Numbered from the stretch's first letter, positions 1-9,314 are shown. The stretch is DNA of 64,000 nucleotides from Bacteroidales bacterium (GCA_017380635.1 JAFODP010000004.1:22828-86827); one strand, 5' to 3'. The notes: generated by a model from the sequence alone, not told the origin. Numbers and translations are program-made.

Positions 1-1355
1 GTAACTTCAAGCAGGCTCTCGAAGCTGCCGCTGCCCGTAGCGACAAGGCTGCCCGTTATCGTATCTTCGTAAGACAGGGTGACCATATCATTCCTGCCAA
101 CGAAAACAACATGGTAACCGGCAACGACGGAAAGAGCTATCCAGACCCGAAGACCTCGTTCAACACGCCTAACACCTCTATCATTGGTGAAAACATGAAG
201 CTGACCACCGTGGCCAACACCATGCCTAACGACTTGGTAGCTAATCCCGATGCCGGCAAGGGCGGACAAGCTAATGCTTTGGAAGGTATCCGTACCAGCG
301 GTATGCTTTATCTTACCAGCGGCGCCACCAATACCTACTTCCAGGATATTACCTTGAAGACCAACACACCTGATGGTAGCGGACGTAACGTTATCCTCGT
401 GGATGGTGGTAACAAGACCATCTGCAAAGACGTAACCTTGTGGGCTTATCAGGATACTTATGTTTCTGACCGTGCTCAAAGCCTCTACTACTTCGAAGGT
501 GGTGTTATCCGCGGACGTACCGACTTTATCTGCGGTAGCGGTGATGTATTCTTCAATGCTGTTGACATCGTCATGTGCGAAAAGGGCGGCTACATCGTAG
601 CTCCTCGCGACAACGTGAAGTATGGTTATGTATTCAAAGATTGTACCTTGAAGGGTGAACAAGCCGATGTTAATGGCAACTACTTCCTTGGTCGTCCTTG
701 GACAGAAGCTGCTGAAACTTACTACATCGACTGTGTGATGGAAGCTATTCCTACAGCTGCAGGTTGGACCAACATGAGCGCTGGTGGTTGTACTCGCTTC
801 GCTGAATTCAACAGCGTTTCAAGTAGTGGTACTCCCATCGATCTCAGCGGACGTGTCAAGTCGCTTGGTAACGAAAACCCGCACTCTTTCAATCCTGTTC
901 TTAGCGCTGCAGAAGCTGCTGAAATTGGCAACATGAGCAACATGTTTGGCGACTGGAATCCTCGTCTGGCTACAGAACAAGCTCCTATGCCTACCAATGT
1001 CACATTGAACAAGGAAAGCAAGACTCTCTCTTGGGACAACAGCGAATATGCATTGTTGTGGGCTATCTGTAAAGATGGCAAGGTGGTTGATTTCACCATC
1101 GAACCTACTTATGTGGTTGACGATGCTACGGCTCAATGGTCTGTACGCGCTGCCAACGAAATGGGTGGTTTGGGCGAAGCTGCTCCTGCCAGCGATGCCA
1201 ACGCCATGGAAAGCATCAACCAACAAATAGAAGTGGTGAACACCGTCTATTACAACCTCCATGGTGTAAGAGTTGGTGACACTTACGATGGTTTGATTAT
1301 CAAGGTTGAAACCCTCAAGAATGGCCAGCAGGTTGTAAGCAAAATGATGCGATAA
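1..1355 (+). CDS. Pectinesterase (carbohydrate esterase family 8), 5'-truncated by the window edge, with a T9SS C-terminal sorting domain
   Basis: The reading frame is open from nt 3, in the same frame as ORF 111..1355. The upstream residues NFKQALEAAAARSDKAARYRIFVRQGDHIIPA contain no stop. CE8 motifs are present: YQDTYV, GRTDFICGSG, LGRPW. The last ~80 aa (…VYYNLHGVRVGDTYDGLIIKVETLKNGQQVVSKMMR) look like a Bacteroidota type IX secretion CTD. Confidence 0.9.
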   Translation, partial: NFKQALEAAAARSDKAARYRIFVRQGDHIIPANENNMVTGNDGKSYPDPKTSFNTPNTSIIGENMKLTTVANTMPNDLVANPDAGKGGQANALEGIRTSGMLYLTSGATNTYFQDITLKTNTPDGSGRNVILVDGGNKTICKDVTLWAYQDTYVSDRAQSLYYFEGGVIRGRTDFICGSGDVFFNAVDIVMCEKGGYIVAPRDNVKYGYVFKDCTLKGEQADVNGNYFLGRPWTEAAETYYIDCVMEAIPTAAGWTNMSAGGCTRFAEFNSVSSSGTPIDLSGRVKSLGNENPHSFNPVLSAAEAAEIGNMSNMFGDWNPRLATEQAPMPTNVTLNKESKTLSWDNSEYALLWAICKDGKVVDFTIEPTYVVDDATAQWSVRAANEMGGLGEAAPASDANAMESINQQIEVVNTVYYNLHGVRVGDTYDGLIIKVETLKNGQQVVSKMMR

Positions 1356-1374
1356 GACTGCGCCGTCCTATACA

Positions 1375-1416
1375 AGGAGGAGGCTGTGCCGCAGGCACAG
1401 CCTCCTCTTATTTTTG
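1375..1416 (+). terminator. Rho-independent terminator after the pectinesterase gene
   Basis: A 15-bp GC-rich stem (1375-1390 pairs with 1394-1408) has a GCA loop and is followed by TATTTTTG. It lies 20 nt after the stop codon at 1353-1355. Confidence 0.8.
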
Positions 1417-1445
1417 CTCGATTGCTCAGCCGTTTGTCGGATCAC

Positions 1446-1770
1446 TCAGCCGGCGGGCAGTTCCTTATCTACAGGCACCGTCACCGAACCGATGGCCATC
1501 ACAGCAAAGAAAGAGCAGCACCAACCATAAGAATTTTCGCCCACAATGGCAATATTTTCTTCTCTCAAACCATTGGCAATGAGCCCCGTTCCCAAATGTC
1601 GCACATCGTCGCGCCACTGCGAGAAAGTCACCTTCTTTACCTCTTTGTCCCAATAATTTTCTTTGTAAGAAATGGCGATACTATCGGAAAAAATTCTGCG
1701 CAGCTTCCTCTACCAGAGAGCGCATGTCGTCTATAAAAGTGGTCTTGTAAATAGGGTAATTTTTGTTCAT
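1446..1770 (-). pseudogene. Frameshifted, 3'-truncated remnant of an AMP-binding long-chain acyl-CoA ligase (N-terminal ~105 codons only)
   Basis: The reverse-strand ATG at 1770 reads MNKNYPIYKTTFIDDMRSLVEEAAQNF and then hits TAG at 1681-1683. Removing one base from the A6/T6 run at 1688-1693 continues the frame as SDSIAISYKENYWDKEVKKVTFSQWRDDVRHLGTGLIANGLREENIAIVGENSYGWCCSFFAVMAIGSVTVPVDKELPAG, then a stop. This matches only the N-terminus of enzymes like the intact 635-aa paralogue at 61223..63130. Confidence 0.6.
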
Positions 1771-1953
1771 ATTTTTAATTTCTCTCTATAATAACATTCG
1801 ATTAAAATGTCCATTTGGTTGCGAGGGTCGGCATCAGGCGGAAGCCCTTTTCCACGAAGTTGCACAAAGGCCGCAAGCCATCGCGCGATAAATTTCTTCA
1901 TATCCGAGACTTTGTAGTGTTAAAGATTGAGCAACAAATCTACGTTTTATTTC

Positions 1954-1961
1954 TAACTTTG
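1954..1961 (+). promoter_or_regulatory. Candidate Bacteroidetes -7 promoter box (TAACTTTG) upstream of the glutaredoxin-like gene
   Basis: Exact match to TAnnTTTG, 25 nt upstream of the ATG at 1986. No clean -33 TTTG was seen. Confidence 0.3.
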
Positions 1962-1985
1962 CCTGCGTGAATAAAACGATTTATC

Positions 1986-2354
1986 ATGATTAAAGTTTAT
2001 GTGATGGCCACTTGCCCCGATTGTACGCAAGTGAAGGCCGAAGCCGTCAACGACCCGCGTTTCGAATTGATCGATTTGGGCGAACATGTCAAACATTTAA
2101 AAGCCTTTCTGACACTGAGAGATACGCATCCCGCTTTCGACAAGGTGAAAGCGCGCGGCAACATAGGTCTGCCCTGCTTCGTAATGGAAGACGGCAGCAT
2201 AGATTTTTCATGGACCCGCATAAAAGAGCGCATTGCCTGGATGCCGCTTGAGCATGAGGCTTCTGATGCCAGCTCGAACGATGGAGGTCTTGCTCAGGAT
2301 GGCAGTCTCGCAAACGATGGTGCAAGTTGCAGCTTGGATGGAAAAGGATGTTGA
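1986..2354 (+). CDS. Glutaredoxin-like protein (NrdH/YruB-like thioredoxin fold)
   Basis: N-terminus MIKVYVMATCPDCTQVK carries a CxxC motif (CPDC). It also has a GLPCF motif and a small thioredoxin-fold size with a low-complexity tail. Confidence 0.75.
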   Translation: MIKVYVMATCPDCTQVKAEAVNDPRFELIDLGEHVKHLKAFLTLRDTHPAFDKVKARGNIGLPCFVMEDGSIDFSWTRIKERIAWMPLEHEASDASSNDGGLAQDGSLANDGASCSLDGKGC

Positions 2355-2370
2355 TAATACCTTAAGGATT

Positions 2371-2838
2371 ATGGCAGAAGAATTGATTGTCAAAGGAGAA
2401 AGCAAGCAAGAGCGCTACGCCACATTGTTCCCGCAACTGCAAACACTGATGTCGGCCGAGGACGACCTTATCGCCAACATGGCCAATCTTTGCGCCTGTC
2501 TGCGCGACACTTTTCATTTCTGGTGGGTAGGCTTTTACCGCGTTTACGGCGAGGAACTATTGTTGGGTCCCTTCCAAGGTCCTTTGGCATGTACGCGTAT
2601 CGCCAAGGGTCGCGGCGTTTGCGGAAGCGCCTGGCAACAAGAGCGTTGCATCATCGTTCCCGATGTAGAGCAATTTCCCGGACACATCGCTTGCAGCAGC
2701 GCATCGCGCTCGGAAATCGTGCTACCTCTTTTCAAAGACAACAAAATACTGGCCGTCCTGGACATCGACAGCGAATACTTGAATCATTTCGATGAAACAG
2801 ATTGTTATTGGTTGGAGAAAATACTCGCACTACTATAG
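2371..2838 (+). CDS. msrC: GAF-domain free methionine-(R)-sulfoxide reductase (MsrC/YebR family)
   Basis: Starts at the ATG at 2371 (MAEELIV...), 17 nt after the previous stop. Family motifs: WVGFYRV, LLLGPFQGPLACTRI, GRGVCGSAW, FPGHIACSSASRSEIVLP, LDIDS. The longer ORF from 2233 overlaps the glutaredoxin gene and was rejected. Confidence 0.88.
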   Translation: MAEELIVKGESKQERYATLFPQLQTLMSAEDDLIANMANLCACLRDTFHFWWVGFYRVYGEELLLGPFQGPLACTRIAKGRGVCGSAWQQERCIIVPDVEQFPGHIACSSASRSEIVLPLFKDNKILAVLDIDSEYLNHFDETDCYWLEKILALL

Positions 2839-2850
2839 CGAATGAAGGAT

Positions 2851-3324
2851 TCACTTGCCGGGCACCAAAGCCTTTAAGGCATCTTCGGTGAGGCGATAGG
2901 TTGTCCATTCGTCCAAAGAAATGGCGCCCATGGCTCGATAGAAATCGATGCTCGGTTGGTTCCAGTTGAGGCAAACCCATTCCATGCGTCCACAACCGCG
3001 CTCCACAGCCGTTTTGACCAAATGCAAAAAGAGCGCCTTGCCATAGCCTTTGCCTCGATGCTGCGGATACACATACAAGTCTTCGAGATAAATGCCCGCC
3101 TTACCCACAAAAGTGGAAAAATTGTGAAAATATAGCGCAAATCCCACAGGCTCACCCTCTTGCTCGGCAAACACCACTTCGGCCACTTCTTTCTCGAAAA
3201 GCCATTCGTGCAGTTTCGCTTCGGTGGCAATCACCTCGTTTTCCATTTTTTCGTAGCGGGCAATGCCCTTTATAAAATTCAGTATCTGAGGAATATCCTC
3301 CGCCGTTGCCTTTCTTATTTCCAT
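2851..3324 (-). CDS. GNAT family N-acetyltransferase (diamine/spermidine acetyltransferase-like)
   Basis: Starts MEIRKATAEDIPQIL at the ATG at 3324. Acetyl-CoA binding motif: QHRGKGYGKALF. Confidence 0.85.
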   Translation of the reverse strand: MEIRKATAEDIPQILNFIKGIARYEKMENEVIATEAKLHEWLFEKEVAEVVFAEQEGEPVGFALYFHNFSTFVGKAGIYLEDLYVYPQHRGKGYGKALFLHLVKTAVERGCGRMEWVCLNWNQPSIDFYRAMGAISLDEWTTYRLTEDALKALVPGK

Positions 3325-3435
3325 CGTTATCGTGTTTATCGGCGGCAAATGTAAGCTTTTTTCACGCTTATTAAGCATAGTTGTGAAAGGCTTTGCGTAA
3401 ATTCGCCGTTTGTATAATCATCAACATAGCTCATT

Positions 3436-4143
3436 ATGAAAACCAAACAGATTATTTTTATCGGCATGCTGCTTATTTCCAGCATGTTTGCGCAAAACAT
3501 CAGCGCACAGAACATTGAAAACACGCCTTACATCGAAGTGGTTGGTAGAGCCGAAAAAGACATTCTTCCCGACGAAATCTACCTGAGCATCAGCATCAAC
3601 GAAAGCGATTACGGCAAAGAATCGAGCCTGACAGCCAAAGAAAAACAAGTCATCAAAAGCCTGGAAAATCTCGGCATCGACATCAAGGAACAGCTGCGCG
3701 TGAAAGACTTGGGCAGCAATTTCAAGAAATACATTTTACGCAAGAACGAGGTGATACTCAGCAAGGAATACGAATTGAAAACCTCTTCGGCCAAACAGGC
3801 GGCGCAAGTGATGATTGCCCTCGAAAGCATCGGTGTTTCCAAAGTGAACATCACCAAAGTAGATTGCAGCCAAACGGAAACTTACCGCGACCAGTTGCGC
3901 GTGGAAGCCATCAAGAACGCCAAGGCCAAAGCCGAACAACTTTGCAACGCCATCGGTCAGACTTGCGACAGAGCCATTTACATCGTGGAACAAAATTATG
4001 GGCACCGCGTCTACAACGCCGTACCCATGTTCAAAGCTGCTCTGAGCAGAAGCGAATCAGCCGATGCTGCAGCCGTTCCCGATTTGGAATTCGAAACCAT
4101 CACTTTGGAAAGTAGTGTGGTGGCGCGCTTTATGATCAAGTGA
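3436..4143 (+). CDS. SIMPL/DUF541 domain periplasmic protein
   Basis: Signal peptide MKTKQIIFIGMLLISSMFAQNISAQ. Overall pattern (YIEVVGRAEKDILPDEIYLSISI ... RVEAIKNAKAKAEQL ...) is typical of 26-kDa SIMPL proteins. Confidence 0.75.
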   Translation: MKTKQIIFIGMLLISSMFAQNISAQNIENTPYIEVVGRAEKDILPDEIYLSISINESDYGKESSLTAKEKQVIKSLENLGIDIKEQLRVKDLGSNFKKYILRKNEVILSKEYELKTSSAKQAAQVMIALESIGVSKVNITKVDCSQTETYRDQLRVEAIKNAKAKAEQLCNAIGQTCDRAIYIVEQNYGHRVYNAVPMFKAALSRSESADAAAVPDLEFETITLESSVVARFMIK

Positions 4144-4146
4144 GCA

Positions 4147-4173
4147 GCGCCGGCGGCGGAACGCCGCCGGCGC
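4147..4173. terminator. GC-rich hairpin between convergent genes (likely bidirectional terminator)
   Basis: A perfect 12-bp stem GCGCCGGCGGCG/CGCCGCCGGCGC has a GAA loop. It sits between the stop at 4143 (+) and the stop at 4183 (-). The flanking T-tracts are weak. Confidence 0.55.
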
Positions 4174-4182
4174 CCCCGCCCT

Positions 4183-7100
4183 TTATCGTATCAACACCTT
4201 CTGACCATCGATAATGTACAAGCCCTTTGAAAGCGATTCGAGGGGCTTGTTCACTTTCTGTCCGAAAATATTGTAAATCGCACTATTGGGAGCTATCTCA
4301 ATGCGAACAATACCATCAGTACCCTGACGCAAAATCACCAACTTGGTAATAAAGACATTGGTGCCCGCCACCGAACGAACTATTTTGAAGCTTTTGCTTC
4401 CGGCTGCTTCGCTCAGCGAGTAAGTTTGGGTATTGGGCTTCTGACCGAGCGCGATATTGTTCCAACGCACTTCCTGGCCTTCGTCAATAACAAATCCGTT
4501 GTCGAAAAGATAATAAAGCGTACCATTGGCATCGGTGTCTTTGTTGCGGAAAGCCGTAACTTCCATCTGGTCGTCGGCCTGCAGCGCCTCGTCAAGACTG
4601 ATAAGCACATAGTCGCTTTCAATATTGGCCTTCTTAGCATTGATACTCAGCGTGTGATAATCGGCATTCACATAATTGACACGACCTTCACTGGCGCCAT
4701 GTCCGCTAGCCACACCACCTTTTTCGACAGGCGTTCCATGGGCACTCTGCCAGAAATACACCGCATTTTCGGGCGTTTCAGGTTCTGAAGGTTCAGATGG
4801 TTCTGAAGGTTCAGAAGGATTCGTTGCCTGCAGCCATTCCCATTCCAAACTGGCCATGATGAACGGACCGATAGCCTTACCTTCGTTGCTCACCACCGTC
4901 ACATCGCTGCCGCAGAGATAATAACTGGCGCTACCGTCGCGCTGACGATTGTTGGACGGGCCCAAGCCTGCCGAACGACAACTTTGGTTGATATTGATGC
5001 TGCCGTCGTTGTTTACCGTGATGAAAGTTTCCAACGCACCTTTATAAGCCGCTTCGGCCGTTTCGCGATACGATTCGTCAATCAAGCCCAAACGCAAAGC
5101 CTTCAGATAAGAGTAAGCAAACATACACGAAGCCGAAGCTTCCAAATAATTTCTATTACCACAAGTACCTTTATAACTGTCGTCGTATTGCAACAACTGA
5201 TACCACACGCCGCTAACAGGATCTTGCCAAAGTTTCAGTCCGGCAGCCACTTGCGAGAGAATATCCTTCAAGGCCTGATAATCTTCGTGCGTGGCAGGCA
5301 TCAATTCCAATACATCGGTGAGGGCAGCAAAATACCAACCCATACCACGTCCCCAAAATTCGCTCGAACAGCCCATATACTCACCTCCGGTCTTGGCCCA
5401 GAAAGAATTAGGATCTTTGGGTTCGGCACTCCAGCCATGATAATTCAACTGTAAATCCTTGTCGTAAGTATGACGATGAATGGTGATAAACTGATTGGCC
5501 ACATCGCTCCAGCCTTCCATATCGTCGGCCGCAAAATGATGCAAATATTCGGCATAGAAAGCAGCACCCATATACAAACCATCCAGCCACATCTGATTGG
5601 GATAGACATCCTTATGATAGAAACCACCTTTGCCATCTTCCTTCTGAATACGAGAATATTCGTAGCGCAAATAATGGTAGAGATAATCGGCAGCCGCTTT
5701 GTACTTGGCCGCATTGGCATCGCCCTGCGACGTTCCCTTAGACAATTCGCGGTCGTATAGTTCGAAGAAAACCTTACCCGAAGCAATGTTGTCGATATTA
5801 CCTTTTTTGAAATTTCTGAAACTACCGTCGCTATTGAGCGCGGCATCGGCATAAGTCTGACACCAAGCATAAGCTGTTTGCGTCCAGTCGTCTTCGGGAT
5901 ATTGTGTGGTACATTTCAAGATAGATTTTGTCACCAGACCGCTCACGTAATCCCACGATTTCATGGCCGACCAAGCTTCGCCCTGCGAGAGCACCATACG
6001 CTTAGAGTAATCGCTGTCTTTGGCCGTCATCGGCTCTTTCTTAGGCTGCACCAAATCGTCGATGGTAGCGCCGGCTCCGTATTTTCCTGTCAGCACCTCA
6101 GGCACTTGCATCACATCGATGTAAGGATATTGATAAGGCACTTCCATGTTTTGTTCGGTATTGGTAGCCTCGCCATAGTTCTGGAAGCCGTAATTGTTGC
6201 GGTTCAGGTAGAAAATATCACTAGAATTGCCAAATACACAAGCATTATTCACGCCTTCCACCACATAATTGCCTTCGATGAGCGCGTGCGAATTATCATT
6301 GATACCGATGGCCTCCGCATTGCCGGGACAATTGTAATAATTATTAAGAACGTGAATATACACCCAATCGGCCACCGGCAAACGACGGTTGCAGCCATTT
6401 CCCCAGATATTGTAGGCATAAGTAATGTATTGCAAATAACCTTTGCTCCAGCCCACTCCGTTGGAATAAGGATGCGAATAACTTCTTTCGGTATAACGGA
6501 AAATATTCCAAGAATAGGTGACGAATTGTTCGCTACCCTCGCGCTTGCCGCTATCGAGATTGCCATCGAGTCCGTCGATAAATTCGCAATGGTCAATCCA
6601 CACGTGCGTGGCACCATTGTTCGAGATAAGATCGTTTCCGCCAACGTCCACACTACCAGGGCCTTGGAAAATAAGGTTGCGGAAGATGATGTTTTCGTTG
6701 CTGATGTTGATGGCAAAAAAGCCCGACTTGCGGTAGGCTTCTGAATCGTCGCCCGTGATGTCGATGATGAGCTGACGCGTTTTCAGTTCGCGTTCCTCGT
6801 TCACGGAGGCGCCATTGCTCAGCGTGCCGCCGGTGCCGGAAGAGGTGCTGTATCGATCGAGATTAGCATCGATGAGTTGCTGCTTCAATTCGGGCGTCAC
6901 ATACCATTTCGTGCAAAGTCTGGCGCCATTGATACCGATGATACTTTTGTTGGATACGCCTTTGATATCCATTTGTTTAGAGACAATAAAATCGCCTTTC
7001 GATCCATCCAAATAAATAATATCGTTAGCCTTGATGGCATTGATAATGGCTTGATAATCGTCGCCGCCGGAGGCTGTCAATACGATGCTTTTAGGATTGT

Positions 7101-7272
7101 CGGCGCGTTGGCCACCGTCCAAGTTGTAGGGCGTTCCGTTGACATCGCTGCAAGTGCCCCAACCAAAGGCATTGAGACTGATATAGGGCCTAGCATCGGC
7201 CGCGTAGGCATAACTTGCAGATAATAACATGGAAACCAGGAGCGTAAGGCTCAAAAGTTTATTTTTTCTCAT
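4183..7272 (-). CDS. Multidomain secreted pectinase: PL1 pectate lyase + GH105 unsaturated rhamnogalacturonyl/galacturonyl hydrolase + beta-sandwich region + T9SS CTD
   Basis: - Signal peptide: MRKNKLLSLTLLVSMLLSASYAYA.
- PL1-like motifs: HVWIDHCEF, DGNLD, NRRLP, VLNNYY.
- GH105 motifs: QMWLDGLYMGAAFYAEY, FWGRGMGWYF, SGVWYQLL, YLEASASCMFAYSY.
- Linker: PSEPSEPSEPSEP.
- C-terminus (...IYNIFGQKVNKPLESLSKGLYIIDGQKVLIR) is T9SS CTD-like. Confidence 0.85.
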   Translation of the reverse strand: MRKNKLLSLTLLVSMLLSASYAYAADARPYISLNAFGWGTCSDVNGTPYNLDGGQRADNPKSIVLTASGGDDYQAIINAIKANDIIYLDGSKGDFIVSKQMDIKGVSNKSIIGINGARLCTKWYVTPELKQQLIDANLDRYSTSSGTGGTLSNGASVNEERELKTRQLIIDITGDDSEAYRKSGFFAINISNENIIFRNLIFQGPGSVDVGGNDLISNNGATHVWIDHCEFIDGLDGNLDSGKREGSEQFVTYSWNIFRYTERSYSHPYSNGVGWSKGYLQYITYAYNIWGNGCNRRLPVADWVYIHVLNNYYNCPGNAEAIGINDNSHALIEGNYVVEGVNNACVFGNSSDIFYLNRNNYGFQNYGEATNTEQNMEVPYQYPYIDVMQVPEVLTGKYGAGATIDDLVQPKKEPMTAKDSDYSKRMVLSQGEAWSAMKSWDYVSGLVTKSILKCTTQYPEDDWTQTAYAWCQTYADAALNSDGSFRNFKKGNIDNIASGKVFFELYDRELSKGTSQGDANAAKYKAAADYLYHYLRYEYSRIQKEDGKGGFYHKDVYPNQMWLDGLYMGAAFYAEYLHHFAADDMEGWSDVANQFITIHRHTYDKDLQLNYHGWSAEPKDPNSFWAKTGGEYMGCSSEFWGRGMGWYFAALTDVLELMPATHEDYQALKDILSQVAAGLKLWQDPVSGVWYQLLQYDDSYKGTCGNRNYLEASASCMFAYSYLKALRLGLIDESYRETAEAAYKGALETFITVNNDGSININQSCRSAGLGPSNNRQRDGSASYYLCGSDVTVVSNEGKAIGPFIMASLEWEWLQATNPSEPSEPSEPSEPETPENAVYFWQSAHGTPVEKGGVASGHGASEGRVNYVNADYHTLSINAKKANIESDYVLISLDEALQADDQMEVTAFRNKDTDANGTLYYLFDNGFVIDEGQEVRWNNIALGQKPNTQTYSLSEAAGSKSFKIVRSVAGTNVFITKLVILRQGTDGIVRIEIAPNSAIYNIFGQKVNKPLESLSKGLYIIDGQKVLIR
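4781..4818. repeat. 9-bp tandem repeat encoding the (PSE)n interdomain linker
   Basis: GGTTCTGAAGGTTCAGATGGTTCTGAAGGTTCAGAAGG consists of about four copies of GGTTCWGAW. It translates on the minus strand to PSEPSEPSEPSEP. Confidence 0.8.
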
Positions 7273-7408
7273 ATCGTTTAGTTTTAATTTATCACAAACA
7301 GCTTGCGAAGATACATCAGGAAAGAGCGAGAAAAAATATATCCATGTTAAAATTTCAAGAACTTGCGGGAAAATGACTATTTTTGGAAATCATTTAAACG
7401 AAACAACT

Positions 7409-7870
7409 ATGAACATTGGAGATAAACTTCCCGATATCTTGGGCATCGACCAAGCGGGCAACGAAATCAAGAGTAGCGATTATCGCGGACGAAAAATCAT
7501 TCTGTACAGTTATCCGAAAGCCAACACCAGCGGTTGCACAGCCGAAGCATGCAGCCTGCAGGCGCATAAAGACGAACTGGAAGCTTTGGGCTACAGCATC
7601 ATCGGAGTGAGCAAGGACAAGATGGAAGCGCAGAAAAAATTTGCCGATGCGCAAGGCCTTGATTTTCCGCTCATCGCCGACACCGACACCACACTTTTGC
7701 AGACTTTGGGTTGTTGGGGCGAAAAAGTGGCTTGCGGCCGTCGTACCGTGGGTATTTTGCGCACTACCTATTTGGTGAACGAAGAGGGCGTCATCGAAAA
7801 GATTTTCACGCCCAAAGAAATCAAGACAAAAATACATGCCGAACAGATTTTGGATTACATTAAAAAATAA
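7409..7870 (+). CDS. bcp: Thioredoxin-dependent thiol peroxidase (peroxiredoxin Bcp)
   Basis: Starts at the ATG at 7409 (MNIGDKLPD...). The peroxidatic Cys is in the context YPKANTSGCTAEAC. The remainder reads GVSKD...KKFADAQGLDFPLIAD. Confidence 0.9.
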   Translation: MNIGDKLPDILGIDQAGNEIKSSDYRGRKIILYSYPKANTSGCTAEACSLQAHKDELEALGYSIIGVSKDKMEAQKKFADAQGLDFPLIADTDTTLLQTLGCWGEKVACGRRTVGILRTTYLVNEEGVIEKIFTPKEIKTKIHAEQILDYIKK

Positions 7871-7874
7871 AGTC

Positions 7875-9314
7875 ATGAGAAAGAGATTTTCGTGGAGCAG
7901 TTTGATGCTCCTTTTGGTGATAGGCCTGAGCCTCAGCGCTTGTCAGTGTAAGAAACAGCAGAACGAGTGCCGTGAGGCTTGCCCGCAAGGCTTGGCCGAG
8001 CAACGCGAGGCCATGCGCGACGAAATTTTGGCGCGCATCACGGGTGCCAGCATGCCCCAAGCCCAACTGAACATCATGGACTTCGGCGCCATCGCAGATG
8101 GCGCCGCCAACTGCCAACCTGCCTTTGTTCAAGCCATTGCCAAGGCCAAGGAAATGGGCGGTGCCCGATTGGTGGTGCCCGCCGGCATTTATCATCTTTG
8201 CGGTCCGCTGCATTTGCCCAGCAACTTCTGCCTCGATTTGCAAGAAGGCGCCGTGTTACGCTTCGACAGCGATCCCAAACATTATCTTCCCATCGTCAAG
8301 ACCAGCTGGGAAGGCACTTTTGTCAACAATTACAGTCCTTTCATCTACGCCTACGGACAACACGACATCAGCATCGTTGGTAAAGGCACCATCGATGGCA
8401 ATGCCACCAACAGTTTTGCCGAATGGCGCAAGCAACAAAAGCAAGGCAAAGACCTGAGCCGCCAATACAACCACGAAGGCACGGCGGTGGAAGAACGCAA
8501 TTTTGGCGAAGGCTATTATCTGCGTCCACAACTCATTCAGTTCTTCAACTGCGAAAGAATCACCCTGAAAGATGTTTTCATCACCCAATCTCCTTTCTGG
8601 TGCGTGCACTTGCTCAAGTCGAAAAACATCATCTGCGACGGTCTGCGCTACGATGCCAAACTGGCCAACAACGACGGCATCGACCCAGAATACACCCAGG
8701 ATGTACTCATCCAGAACATCATCTTCAACAACGGCGATGACAATGTGGCCATTAAGAGCGGTCGCGACCACGATGGACGCAAAGAGGCTTGTCCCTCGGC
8801 CAATATCATCATCCGCAATTGTCAGTTCAAGGGCTTGCACGCTGTGGTGCTGGGTAGCGAAATGTCTTCGGGTATCGAAAATGTATTCGTTGAAAATTGC
8901 ACCTACGCCGGTTATTGCAAACGCGGTATCTACTTCAAAACCAATCCCGATCGCGGCGGTTTCATCCGCAACGTTTTCGTAAACAATTGCGAATTCGGAC
9001 AAGTGGAAGACCTCTTTTTCTTCACTTCGAAATATGCGGGCGAAGGCATGGACAATCATCATTTCTCGCAAGTGTACAACGTCTTTATCGAAGATGTTCG
9101 CTGTCAGGAAGCTACGGCTGCCGCCATCGTTTTGCAAGGCACGCAGAAAGAACCGCTGCACGATATTTACTTTACGCGCGTAGATGTAGATAAAGCCAAA
9201 GTGGGCCTATCGATGGAAGATACCCGCAACATCAGCTTCACCGATTGTCATTTGGGCGGTTATGCCGGCGTTCCCACCACGGCCAGCGCCAAAGACAAGA
9301 TTTTCGAGAAATAA
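7875..9314 (+). CDS. Glycoside hydrolase family 28 (polygalacturonase/exo-galacturonidase), lipoprotein
   Basis: ATG at 7875. Lipoprotein-type signal MRKRFSWSSLMLLLVIGLSLSAC. GH28 motifs: NNDGIDP, GDDNVAIKSG, GLHAVVLGSEMS, RGIYFKT. Confidence 0.9.
   Translation: MRKRFSWSSLMLLLVIGLSLSACQCKKQQNECREACPQGLAEQREAMRDEILARITGASMPQAQLNIMDFGAIADGAANCQPAFVQAIAKAKEMGGARLVVPAGIYHLCGPLHLPSNFCLDLQEGAVLRFDSDPKHYLPIVKTSWEGTFVNNYSPFIYAYGQHDISIVGKGTIDGNATNSFAEWRKQQKQGKDLSRQYNHEGTAVEERNFGEGYYLRPQLIQFFNCERITLKDVFITQSPFWCVHLLKSKNIICDGLRYDAKLANNDGIDPEYTQDVLIQNIIFNNGDDNVAIKSGRDHDGRKEACPSANIIIRNCQFKGLHAVVLGSEMSSGIENVFVENCTYAGYCKRGIYFKTNPDRGGFIRNVFVNNCEFGQVEDLFFFTSKYAGEGMDNHHFSQVYNVFIEDVRCQEATAAAIVLQGTQKEPLHDIYFTRVDVDKAKVGLSMEDTRNISFTDCHLGGYAGVPTTASAKDKIFEK

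Noticed and set aside
1386-1736. A 116-aa plus-strand ORF downstream of the pectinesterase gene.
   Set aside because: It starts inside the terminator hairpin and is antisense to the acyl-CoA ligase remnant, whose translation has clear family similarity. It has no coding signature of its own.
2233-2370. N-terminal extensions of the listed ORFs: 2233 for msrC, 9971 for patatin, 7229 for bcp, 7836 for GH28, 19737 for the transglutaminase-like gene, 32576 for KAP and 52757 for upxY.
   Set aside because: The extensions overlap the preceding gene or intergenic promoters. They encode low-complexity sequence, and an internal ATG gives a canonical N-terminus or signal peptide. Some listed ORF starts are TTG or GTG (for example 24983, 36982, 43820), so downstream ATGs were preferred there.
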